Assembly: GCF_902459465.1 (NCBI RefSeq) | Contig: NC_047076.1 | Span: 9,672,001-9,736,000 of the forward strand | Reading direction: 5' to 3' | Length of the DNA: 64,000 nucleotides | Source: Asterias rubens | Taxonomy: Eukaryota | In this document: positions 54,101 to 62,012 of the stretch, piece after piece | How positions within the stretch are numbered: position 1 is the first letter of the stretch | Layout: each line of letters opens with the position of its first letter | Made by a program: the position numbers and the translations under genes | Notes under the pieces: generated by a model | The model's input: only the letters and a program-made list of their open reading frames with translations | The model's database searches: none | Told to the model about the DNA's origin: nothing

Positions 54101-57100
54101 AAACAAAATAGAAATTACATTGAACTAATTTCAAGGTTTTTAAGTACAAAAATGGGTAATTCGCATGATTGCCAAAACTTGGTTTAAATTTGATGGGCAA
54201 AAAAAATAAGGTTTTAAAGATACTGGACACTATTCATCATCATTCTCTGTGGTCCATCAAGGGGGACCTAGAGCCGACCAGACCGAACGATTTGTTGCTG
54301 ACTGCCAAATTTATAGCGCCGATCCTTTTTTTAAAACGTGGAATTCCGCGGAATTGCATGCCTGGGTCCACTTCTAGCTGGTGCAACCAGGTGTTGTGTG
54401 GTCACGCTCTTGGCTCTTCCAGGCTGGGCCAGGACAGTCCCCCTCGAGCACCGACGCTCAGCGTCAGGGCAGCATGTGCTGGAGTGTCTTCTGGAAGCCA
54501 CTGGGAGTGGCGTAGCCGTGAGATGGTCACTCAAATGTCCTCGAGACCGATGGTTTCTAAGATTGACTAGTTGGAGATGAAGTCTGACCAACGGATGCCG
54601 AGTATCAGATATTGGCATCTGGTATTAAATGCTTGAAGCCTACGTCCATCTTCTACCAATAGTGTCCAGGTTTCTGACCCGTAAAGTAGGATGGGAAAAA
54701 TGCATGTTGTGTTCACACCCTCAACTTAGATTTGAGGTTGAGGCGCTTGTGTTCCGCCACACACGATCTAATAGGCCAAAGGTTCTAGAGGCGAGACCTA
54801 GTCGTTGATAGATAATGGGAGAAGGGTGACCTTCAGAACAAATGTCGTAGTCGAGGTATCTGGACTTTTCTGTGGTTTCGACGGGCTGGCCCTCAACAGA
54901 CGCTGGGGCAGAAGGTGGTCCGAGGCTGGTGCAGTTCTAGATCTTGGTTTTAGCCCAAGATGTATGTAGACCCATTGTCCCAGCTTCTTCCTTGAACTTC
55001 TGGAGCGTGGTAGACCACTATGGGCTCTCTTACGAACAGGACAGCATCGTCAGCGTAGGATAGGTCGGTAAAGGACGTTTCTACAGCCAATATCATACCT
55101 GCCAACATTGGTATCCCAGAAATAGGGGCAAATCTGGACTGATTTCTTTTTGTCGCCGGAGGTGAACATTGGAAACTGTATACTTTGTTATTTTGGGGGT
55201 CAAACTTTGGGTCACCTGCAATATCTTGTTTACTAACCCACTAGTAACACTAATGCAAACTTAATAAAAAAAATTCTTCTTCTTTTTTTGGATGATCTTA
55301 CCCTCTTACTTCTACCCTTGATAATACTTTTTTTTCGTCAACAGCCATTTTGCATCATGGCTTCGTAATTTAAGGATCGGTTATGATAAAAACTTCTTTT
55401 GCAAAATAGTGTTCGTTTTGATCAGTCAGCAACGCACATAGGGAAATAGGGTCCAATTTTCTACCATCAACTCGCTGCCGTCAACTCCTCCAAAAAAAGT
55501 TTAAAATCCACAAAAGATGCATAAAACTATAAAGTATTAGCCAATTAGAAAGTTTTAAGTTCCATTTCAGTTTTAAAAATTGAGTTTGTTTCTCATGAAA
55601 AGATCATCTATAAGCTACGAGGCCGTCGGCCGCCATCTTGCATTGTGAGAGGGCTTGCATGACATCGACAACAAAGGGCGCTTTCCTGCATTTGGATTAG
55701 TCTTGGCTCAAGGCGTCAATGATCAGCACTGCATGTGAGGTATCTACTTCACTTTATAGTATTTGAAAGCTGACGCGTAGTCCAAGACTAGTCCATCTGT
55801 ATAGTGGTTGAGTTGAAGGCGAGTTGACAGCAAAAGGGAGTAGACAGTGAGTTTGCAGCAAATAGCAGAACCAGTGCATGCGTTAATATATTCGCGGGCG
55901 ATCCCAGCCACATTAAATATAGCGCAAATCAAAACTTGTCAAACCATTTATGAATTTTAAAACATTCGTAATGCCGAGATCAGTCTGACAGTGGTTTAGG
56001 ACCCAGTCAATGGCACAGCAAAATAGGGCTAGGGCCAGGATGCAGCCTTGGTGAACACCAAAGGTACGATGGAGGTGCTGCCATTATGTAAGTCCTAGCT
56101 GAATCAGGTGAAGAAGAAACGGTGGAACTCCGGTTGCTTTCAGGGCTTTCCATAGGGCTTCCCGATCTACAGAGTCAAAAGCTGCCTAATGTCGACATAA
56201 GCAACATGGAGAGGTCTTTCCGACTCGCTGTGCAGTTCTGACAGGAGTCGAAGAGTGAGCACTGCATCCATTGTTGAATGGCCCCTTGTGAAACCAGACT
56301 GCTGGGGTCGACGGTGACGGGTGAGTAGAGGTTCTATGCGAGTCAGGAGTACATGACAGAAAGCCTTTCCAGTGACTGAAAGTAGAGTTATAGGCCTGTT
56401 GCTGCTGTATTGGTTTTTCTGACACCCGTCCTGAGGACCATATTTGAGGAAGAGTTCGTGAAGGGCTTTGCTTATCAGGGTCTCGGCACACTTGAGCAGT
56501 TCGGGAAGAATTCCATCAGGTCCTACAGCACGTCTGTTTTAAAAGTCACCTGGAAGTGGTATTTTGTCAAAATAAAGCTTTTGTCCCTAAAATATGTGTT
56601 TTGATGAGTGGAATATGAATAAACAATTAACTAAGGTTTAAAAAAATTAGTTTTCATGTTATTTACAAATTTGAAAATAAGCCCGACTCATGAGACGCTG
56701 TTCTTGACCTCAATCGAGGCGTGATGAATTGCATGCAGTGCCAACACAAGTGTAGTGACGCTTGGCACAAGCTAAAAACATGCACTCAAAGTTGAAACAA
56801 TACCTGATTAGGCAAATGCTCCTTTAGGTTTGTTACGTCTTTCAGGTACCTTTTTCGACTTCCCCACTAGCTGGAAAAATTGTTGGGATGGCGTTATGTT
56901 TTAGAAAAGAACTTTTCTCTTCATGTCAAAATGTGTATTCCAGATTCTCGAAGCACGACGGCTGGAAGTGTTTGCTGCACAGCGCTGGAAAAGACGTCGG
57001 ACCGGACCACTTTGCAAACTGACCTCATGTTTAGATGTTTTGCTGCATCCAGCAGCAATACACCTGGTCGACATTGCCGGAAAAATGCAAGAAGAAACCT

Positions 57101-59644
57101 TTTTCGAATTGTACAAACTCACGACTAGGACTTAGATGTACTTGCTTGTACGTGTGTTCGATGTTTGATCGAGGCAAAGTCTGCCTCGATTGACAGCACA
57201 AAAGGGGTAGGCGGAGTCACAACTTTATTTATTTTTTAAAACATAAAAATTGTTAAAAACAATTACTCAACAAAATATTTTATTGTTCAGAAACATATAC
57301 TCTAATGTTTGAAAAAAAAAAAATCTATTTCCAGGTGACTGAAGCGGTAGATTATTTCTTTGCAGCCCTTTTTCGGCAGTGTCTGCAAGTTTTCCATAGG
57401 TCCTGCTTTGCCTAGGCATTAAAAATGCCTGTCAATGTACATGCTTCATTTGTGTCCCCTCACAGTTGCGCTTGCTGGCGCTTCTCGTCAAGAAATCCAG
57501 TGTGCCACTGGTTAGCCACGGATGCCTCTGGTACCTGAGGACGCCTATCGTTTCTGAAGCGGCGGACAGAATCACTGAGTGTACATGTATGGTGGGCCAA
57601 GAGGACTCCAGATCTTCTTCGAGGGCACTGAGGGCTTTAGACTTGTTGCTGACAGCGATATTGTAATTAGTGGCGATGTTTGGGCTTACTTTGAGGGATC
57701 TCACCTCAAGATGCTTAGTTGTTGGTTTTGGAGGTTTAAGGTAGGGCTGGAGTTTGACTGTGCCAACAACTAGTCGATGGTCCGTTATTGCTGGGGCCTC
57801 TGCACCCCTGAAGACACGATAGGTGCAGAAGATCGAGCAGTCCCTAGTCAACATATGGTCCAACTCCTTCCTGGTGTGGCCATCATTGGATAAAACCAAG
57901 ACATTCGGTGAATTTCTTTTCGTCTATAAAAGAAGGAGCCAACACTATTGGTAATTGTCAAAGACCAGTCTTCTCACTTGGTGTATCTTTACATATGCAT
58001 AAAAGTAACAAACCTGTGAAAATTTGAACTCAATTGGTCGTCGGAGTTGTGAGATAACAATGAAAGAAAAAACACCCTTGTCACACGAAATTGTGTGCTT
58101 TCAGATGAGACCTCAAAATCTAATTCTGAGGTCTCAAAATCAAATTCGTGGAAAATTATTTCTTTCTTGAAAACTCGTTTCTCACGTTTTAAACAATCAA
58201 CAGCTCCCCATTACTCGTTACTAAAGAAGGTTTTATGCTAATAATTATTTTGAGTAATTACCAATAGTGTCCACTGCCTTTATTTGTCCTTTATCATTTA
58301 ACTGTTAGAAGTAAAATTAAAAAACAAATTAAAAATTGATCCTTGCCGCCTATACCAAATTATGCCAGTCAATATGCGTTTTATAACGTGGCATGTATTC
58401 TAGCTGGAATGTGTCACATCTAAACTTTTAGGTCCTGTAACAGTAACATCACCAGATTTGACATGAGGTCAACTATATATATGAAAATCATTTGTGAAAA
58501 TTTGATGTTATTATAAAATATTTGAAAAGCTTTATTTAAATGGGGTGGTTTTATTTTGTTGCAGGTTCATCGCCTTGTAGTTGTTGATAGCGAGAATCAC
58601 GTTGTTGGAGTTGTATCTTTGTCTGATCTGCTAACTTTCCTTGTGCTTAGACCAGCAGGTAAGTTGCATTGGGTTTATTGAAAGAAAGAAAATCCTCAAG
58701 GATAGAAGGATATCTAAATGGCAAGAAGGGTCATTGTATCATGCTTAAAATGCCTTGGTGGAAACGGACACATTGCCTTGGTCATGTTGGTCATTGTATC
58801 ATGCTTAAAATGCCTTGGTCAAAACGGACACGTTGCCTTGGTCATGTTGGTCATTGTATCATGCTTAAAATGCCTTGGTCGAAACGGACACATTGCCTTG
58901 GTCATGTTGGTCCATGAAAAGCATTTGAAACCAATTGTTATGAAATTGATATGGTTAATAAGATGTTTTAGAAGTAGAATATAATGTTCCCCACAAATGT
59001 CTGCGAACTAACACTGTCGGCCATTTTATTGAGTCAAAAACCATAAATTAGCTCCACAAAAGTAGCGTGCCGTGACATTGTTTGCCCAAACAAGGGAAGA
59101 TCATGTCACAGCAGACAAGGTCTGTGTCTTAAAGTCCTCCACATTGTGTAGAAGTTTTTGTTTTGTTTTTTTCAGTTCTGGGTGGATGAGTTTCTGTGGC
59201 TATTTTGTGTTTATTGTGAAAAAAATTCACATACACTGTACACAGCAAGGATCCATTTTGTCTGTGCATTGTTACAGAGTGTAATCACTCGGTGAAATCG
59301 GGCTTTCCCTTTTTTGTGCCTTGTGAAATGAAACATTAGATTTCACCTCCTGATTAAATTCTGTGAAAAATGTGCTTATATTGTATCCAATATTTTTATA
59401 ATTATATGGATATTTCATAAGAACCTTCTGAAAGCCTGCACAGTTGTGCATTAAAAGTTAAGATGGCAACCACCTATTCTACAGTTTTGCTGCCGACACT
59501 TAAATAAAGTACATATCTTGACTCAAATATCTTGACTGAAAATTTTTTAGTTTATCATTTTTAAAATACACATTGCATAACCATTTCGTTACAGGAGTTA
59601 CAAGTCGAAAATCCAGCATTAATTCACCAGACAGTGAGAAGTAA
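15084..59644 (+). CDS. PRKAG: 5'-AMP-activated protein kinase gamma subunit (4 CBS motifs); 11 coding exons joined, 5' end possibly incomplete
   Basis: Hand-spliced exons 15084-15184, 23302-23383, 24249-24307, 37491-37536, 39435-39486, 43223-43349, 47089-47169, 47495-47617, 49266-49412, 58565-58658, 59595-59644 give 962 nt in one open frame, all introns GT-AG. The translation has AMPK-gamma motifs [98 protein letters not shown] and VSLSDLL. Confidence 0.97.
16361..16507. repeat. 37-bp tandem repeat, 4 units
   Basis: cgctaacattgtgataatgtgatgcctgtgRttgtac at 16361, 16398, 16435 and 16472. Confidence 0.95.
17031..18688 (+). repeat. Diverged ~620-bp direct repeat pair (17031-17648 and 18061-18688)
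   Basis: Collinear match from agttgagagataaat to aattattgacatgcttt. Confidence 0.85.
17682..18055. mobile_element. Kolobok-like MITE with TTAA target duplication
   Basis: TTAA at 17678-81 and 18056-59; ends tagtgtccactgcct; related to 37596-37982 and 57941-58279. Confidence 0.7.
22401..22746. repeat. Foldback element: ~135-bp inverted arms around a ~70-bp spacer
   Basis: 22401-22538 is the reverse complement of 22610-22746; the same peptide appears in ORFs 22242(+) and 22608(-). Confidence 0.9.
22981..23040 (+). mobile_element. Diverged remnant of a DIRS left terminus
   Basis: agtctacttcactctacttaccggtagag...ttgcatattccctat aligns with 28182-28238. Confidence 0.7.
23302..23383 (+). CDS. 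PRKAG: AMPK gamma exon B ([28 protein letters not shown])
   Basis: tctgcag acceptor, GTAAGT donor, 82 bp; also visible in ORF 23230..23436. Confidence 0.97.
24249..24307 (+). CDS. PRKAG: AMPK gamma exon C ([20 protein letters not shown])
   Basis: caacag acceptor, GTAGGA donor, 59 bp. Confidence 0.95.
24990..28010 (+). mobile_element. Degenerate L2-clade LINE (endonuclease to RT), interrupted by a nested insert
   Basis: [12 protein letters not shown]...DLMIIT, resuming ETWL at about 26385; [40 protein letters not shown] and [11 protein letters not shown]. Confidence 0.85.
25200..26380 (+). mobile_element. 5'-truncated CR1-like LINE with A-rich tail nested in the L2 copy
   Basis: YADDIFLF...[25 protein letters not shown], ending in aaaaataaataaaaataa. 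Confidence 0.7.
28320..29460 (+). pseudogene. DIRS gag-like ORF region (Pro/Ser-rich, probably partly deleted)
   Basis: ORFs 28224..28790 and 28769..29701 lie between the left ITR and the RT. Assigned by position only; boundaries approximate. Confidence 0.55.
29463..30642 (+). pseudogene. DIRS RT (frameshifted, YxDD core and most of RNase H deleted) fused in frame to a Dam-like N6-adenine methyltransferase domain
   Basis: [36 protein letters not shown] and [13 protein letters not shown] are RT motifs. IFM joins directly to [18 protein letters not shown] (end of RNase H). Then DLFAS...YAFPPF...[12 protein letters not shown] gives the methyltransferase motifs. Confidence 0.9.
30500..31523 (+). 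pseudogene. DIRS tyrosine recombinase with one premature stop (TAA 30597-30599)
   Basis: [18 protein letters not shown]...YRSAIAAIH...SRRRSELH...TKNQ...LCPVRAL...AHNVR...ACW...CYLKD contains the R-K-HxxR-W-Y catalytic set. Confidence 0.92.
31802..31912 (+). repeat. DIRS internal complementary region (ICR)
   Basis: 31802-31851 is the reverse complement of the left terminus (28181-28230); 31852-31912 is the reverse complement of the right terminus (32100-32157). Confidence 0.95.
32420..33960 (+). mobile_element. Degenerate L2-clade LINE
   Basis: [41 protein letters not shown] and SVPQGSVL, then the 3' region. Confidence 0.88.
34040..34790 (+). mobile_element. Two further L2 3'-end fragments
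   Basis: [12 protein letters not shown]...[26 protein letters not shown], and a second [17 protein letters not shown] tail after a (ttttg)n tract. Confidence 0.8.
34875..35379 (-). mobile_element. Hairpin element family B, copy 1 (non-autonomous, Crypton-like by inference)
   Basis: 505 bp; ~75-bp-arm hairpin with GAGGCGGAGCCGA apex, 13-bp inverted repeats (ttatataacaYcc) flanking the body; near-identical to copies 2-4. Confidence 0.85.
35380..35676. repeat. 43-bp minisatellite (tactaatggccagtcaattgcataaagagcatcgaatataata), ~7 units; further units at about 34840-34874, 36083-36125, 36643-36691 and 37201-37264
   Basis: Period 43 read directly (aaagagcatc at 35401 and 35444). Confidence 0.95.
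35677..36082 (+). mobile_element. Hairpin element family B, copy 2 (second hairpin arm deleted)
   Basis: Same termini as copy 3; deletion starts after aacgaggcgga (35761). Confidence 0.85.
36126..36642 (+). mobile_element. Hairpin element family B, copy 3
   Basis: 517 bp, full hairpin 36126-36290. Confidence 0.85.
36692..37200 (-). mobile_element. Hairpin element family B, copy 4
   Basis: 509 bp, inverted relative to copy 3. Confidence 0.85.
37491..37536 (+). CDS. PRKAG: AMPK gamma exon D ([15 protein letters not shown])
   Basis: atgcag acceptor, GTATGT donor, 46 bp. Confidence 0.95.
37596..37982. mobile_element. Kolobok-like MITE
   Basis: ttaa+agacactggacactattggtaatt ... ttaccaatagtttccactgcct imperfect TIRs. 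Confidence 0.75.
38973..39347. repeat. 62/60-bp minisatellite, 6 units
   Basis: gagatctacat(gg)gtatgtgagtaaagattcaaaaacatatattgagtctcttcttgagaat repeated. Confidence 0.97.
39435..39486 (+). CDS. PRKAG: AMPK gamma exon E ([18 protein letters not shown])
   Basis: tttacag acceptor, GTAATG donor, 52 bp; phases fit both neighbouring exons. Confidence 0.92.
39678..40235. mobile_element. Hairpin element family C
   Basis: ttcataaatacct (39679) and aggtatttatgaa (40055) inverted repeats, then hairpin gggaatc...gattccc 40069-40232. Confidence 0.75.
41509..42400 (+). mobile_element. THAP-remnant DNA transposon derivative (Kolobok-like); right boundary approximate
   Basis: ttaa+agtcacctggaa terminus; [18 protein letters not shown] at 41821 and ALCSEH in another frame; related to 56544-57340. 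Confidence 0.7.
43223..43349 (+). CDS. PRKAG: AMPK gamma exon F ([42 protein letters not shown])
   Basis: T-rich tract plus ctag acceptor, GTAAGT donor, 127 bp. Confidence 0.96.
43387..43864. mobile_element. TTAA-flanked MITE (Kolobok-like), 37 bp downstream of exon F
   Basis: TIRs acagccaataaaggatgatctcaaatat and atattgagatcgtcctttattggctct; TTAA at 43383-86 and 43865-68. Confidence 0.8.
44060..46870 (-). mobile_element. Degenerate RTE-clade LINE (endonuclease-RT-C-terminus)
   Basis: [18 protein letters not shown]...[42 protein letters not shown] and [20 protein letters not shown]. Confidence 0.92.
47089..47169 (+). CDS. PRKAG: AMPK gamma exon G ([27 protein letters not shown])
   Basis: tttttaag acceptor, GTGAGT donor, 81 bp; inside ORF 47017..47217. 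Confidence 0.93.
47495..47617 (+). CDS. PRKAG: AMPK gamma exon H ([41 protein letters not shown])
   Basis: gacag acceptor, GTAAGT donor, 123 bp. Confidence 0.96.
47976..48746. repeat. 31/32-bp minisatellite, ~24 units
   Basis: tattcttgctatacaactgccattgttatca and the variant ...gctacaacttcagccattgttatca. Confidence 0.97.
49266..49412 (+). CDS. PRKAG: AMPK gamma exon I ([49 protein letters not shown])
   Basis: tgtag acceptor, GTAAAT donor, 147 bp. Confidence 0.96.
49598..50266. mobile_element. Non-autonomous DNA element with tcacac/gtgtga ends and repeated gaatattc motifs
   Basis: CpG-rich block with imperfect inverted ends and an internal duplication (49742-49830 vs 50030-50105). Confidence 0.55.
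50846..50994. other. Assembly gap (149 N)
   Basis: Run of N. Confidence 1.
51250..52100 (+). mobile_element. Unclassified interspersed repeat, copy 1 (gagttgac motifs)
   Basis: Diverged reverse-complement match to 55160-55950 (for example caagatggcggccgac vs gtcggccgccatcttg). Confidence 0.7.
52690..53775 (-). mobile_element. CR1-like LINE fragment (endonuclease end to RT start)
   Basis: [57 protein letters not shown]. Confidence 0.85.
55160..55950 (-). mobile_element. Unclassified interspersed repeat, copy 2, nested in an RTE
   Basis: Lies between collinear RTE fragments. Confidence 0.7.
56544..57340 (-). mobile_element. THAP-remnant DNA transposon derivative (Kolobok-like)
   Basis: TIRs agtcacctggaa and ttccaggtgact; [13 protein letters not shown] from 57074 and PALCSKHF in another frame. 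Confidence 0.75.
57941..58279. mobile_element. Kolobok-like MITE (same family as 37596-37982)
   Basis: acactattggtaattgtca ... ccaatagtgtccactgcct. Confidence 0.75.
58565..58658 (+). CDS. PRKAG: AMPK gamma exon J ([31 protein letters not shown])
   Basis: ttgcag acceptor, GTAAGT donor, 94 bp. Confidence 0.96.
58730..58912. repeat. 60-bp tandem repeat, 3 units
   Basis: gtcattgtatcatgcttaaaatgccttggtNNaaacggacacRttgccttggtcatgttg. Confidence 0.95.
59595..59644 (+). CDS. PRKAG: AMPK gamma terminal coding exon ([16 protein letters not shown])
   Basis: ttacag acceptor, phase-1 compatible, TAA at 59642-59644, followed by AT-rich sequence with AATAAA signals. Confidence 0.8.
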
Positions 59645-59820
59645 ACTGGAGCAAGTATGATGCCAAGCCACATGTTGAATCCAAGAGATAACTTGCACCT
59701 TGATGTACAACCATTTAATGGTAATTGGTGTATGTAATTTGAATATGAAGTGGAAGCTACTTGTAAAATAGTGTCAGCCTTAAGTAGATGTAGATTGATG
59801 ATCCATGTATTCTATAGATT

Positions 59821-60079
59821 AATAAAGGTACTTATAATCTAGAAATGCTGTGGTTGTAATTATAGGTCTGCTCTCCCTTATAGACAAAATAATAAATCAG
59901 CTACATGTCACACATTTTATTGATGTTAAAGGTACAATCCAGAATTGGTAAGAAGAAAAAAACCCATCTAAGATCACAGGTTTACATACAGCTTACATGG
60001 TCTAATGATGATGATAGTAGAAACCATCCCTTGAAATATTTCTGTCTGAAATTTGATGTTTAGATGAGAAATAAATAAA
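59821..60079 (+). terminator. Candidate polyadenylation signals of the AMPK gamma transcript
   Basis: AATAAA at 59821, 59891 and 60070/60074, downstream of the stop codon. Confidence 0.5.
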
Positions 60080-60206
60080 CAAATTTCCAGTTTGCAGTTT
60101 ATCGCTCAGTGAGCGTTTCATTAAATTTCTTTTTAAATCAATTTCATGCAAAATGTGTTATTGGTTTTTTCACTATTTTCTTTTAACAGTAATAATATTA
60201 AGAGAC

Positions 60207-60728
60207 ATTCATAAATACCTCAGACAGTTTCGCTATTCCTATGGATGGAGAGCGCTTCACGTGGGGGTGTTTAAACGGTTGATAGTGACCAGCTGGAGCA
60301 CTGTTTATAACCGGTTGTTTTCGGATACTACGTGCTAGTCTCGGTGCGAGACGGATCTTGTTACGGGCGATGCGGGCGCTGTTGGTAAGTTGGCCGTGCT
60401 GTGTGTGAAAAGAAAACTAGAACGTCTTGCACGAAGACTATACGCATACGAACGGATCCTGAAACTGTCCTCTCAGTCATAACAATGCAACATACGGACG
60501 TAGCCTACAGAGCTCAAGCACGTCAGAAACGAATAAGTTTGAAAGAGTTTCTTACTTTTTTACGCCTTTTAACCAAAAAGGCATTTATGAATGGGAATAA
60601 CAGAGTATTGACTTGTCTAAAACGGCCGTTTAATGCCCTGCAGGGTCGTTGCCATGCGAATTATACGGCAACGACCCTTCCGGTTCTAAACGGCTGTTTA
60701 AGAACTCGTCGCTACCCTTTTATTCCCT
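60207..60728. mobile_element. Hairpin element family D (shares ~30 terminal bp with family C)
   Basis: attcataaatacctcagacagtttcgctatt start, aggcatttatgaat at 60579, imperfect hairpin gggaataa...ttattccc 60593-60727. Confidence 0.75.
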
Positions 60729-60749
60729 TGTTTATATAGCGCTCTTACA

Positions 60750-61800
60750 CAAGGTACCACAGCGCTTTACAAGAAACTATACAATAAGCAAATAAATAAT
60801 GGCACTGATAATGGGAAAACAGTCAAAGCAATCAATCATTGAACAAGTTATGTGACCCCTGCGGAATGGATTTGATGAAGGAGACGGTTCCAAAGGCGCA
60901 GAGCATGTGCGTATAAAGCATGATCCCCAGCAGCGGATTGCACCTTTGGAACTGCCAAGAGTGTACTGTCTGAACCAGAGCGACGGCCGGTCTTCCAGGT
61001 TGGTGAATCTTGATGAGACTGGTGAGATATGTAGGAGAGGTATGGTGAAGACATTTGTATACAATGGTGAGAATCTTGAAAACAATACGCTGATGGACTG
61101 GGAGCCATCGAAGTGGTGTGACGTGGTCGTATTTACGACACTTTTTATCAGTTTTGCAGCCCGGTTTTGGACGCCCTGAAGGCCTTTGGTATCGGATGAT
61201 GAGATCCCATGTAGCAATGAGTTAAAAAAGTTGAGTCTTGATGTGACAACTGCCCGAACTGCCCTTTTCGCATGTTGAGTTGTCGGCAAATGGCCTTATG
61301 CGTCCTATATTGCGAGCGACAAAGAGAAGACACGTGATGGTTCATCTTCAGAGCAGAGTCAAACTCCACCCCAAAGTTCCAAACAGTAGTGGAAGGTGCA
61401 ATGATCTCGTTGTTGATCCGAAGTGAAATATTTGCGAGGGGAAATAGCGACAACCATGAACTGAGTTTTGCTGCAGTTAAGTTTCAGCATGTTGTGAGCC
61501 ATCCACGTCCGTAATGCTCTCTGACAATGACGATAGACCAGCTTTGATGGAATTATGACTCCTGGGATCGACTGCAATGAATAGTTGCACATCGTCCGCA
61601 TAGGAATGGTATTGCACGTCCTCATGCTGCTTGATGATGATGGCGGTTGGACTGGTGTACATGGTGAACGGTTGTGGGCCAATAACAGAGCCTTGTGGGG
61701 ATGCCAAAGTCAAGAGATTTTGGTTCTTTTGACCCGGATGGCAGATCGATCTCAAACTTTTGCAGATTTGTCAGATGGATTATGTAAAGTTCTTACACTG
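60750..61800 (-). mobile_element. L2-clade LINE, RT to 3' end
   Basis: PQGSVIGPQPFTMY...YHSYADDVQLF, WMAHNMLKLNCSKT and VTSRLNFFNSLLHGI. Confidence 0.9.
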
Positions 61801-62012
61801 CAAGCAACTGTTTTGTTAGCAAAAAGCAATTTTGTAATGTTCCTTTTTGTGAATTTCTGGCTTATTGTTTGAATTGTTAATGTACAACTCGTAATGCAAT
61901 ATGATTATACCAACTGAATAATTATGCTCTTCCGTATGTATGTTGTACAAATGTCCATGCTTCCTGTGTATAATTACAACAAAGTTAGGTTTCAGAGTGA
62001 AATTTGAAACAC

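Larger units (their letters stand above)
54250..57910 (-). mobile_element. RTE-clade LINE broken into three collinear pieces (57360-57910, 56000-56540, 54250-55160)
   Basis: [20 protein letters not shown], then [23 protein letters not shown], then [10 protein letters not shown] and the HNTWLHQLE tail. Confidence 0.85.

Noticed and set aside
51250-55950. One large transposon with ~800-bp TIRs
   Set aside because: The second copy sits inside a collinear RTE that continues beyond it, and the copies are clearly diverged, so they are independent insertions.
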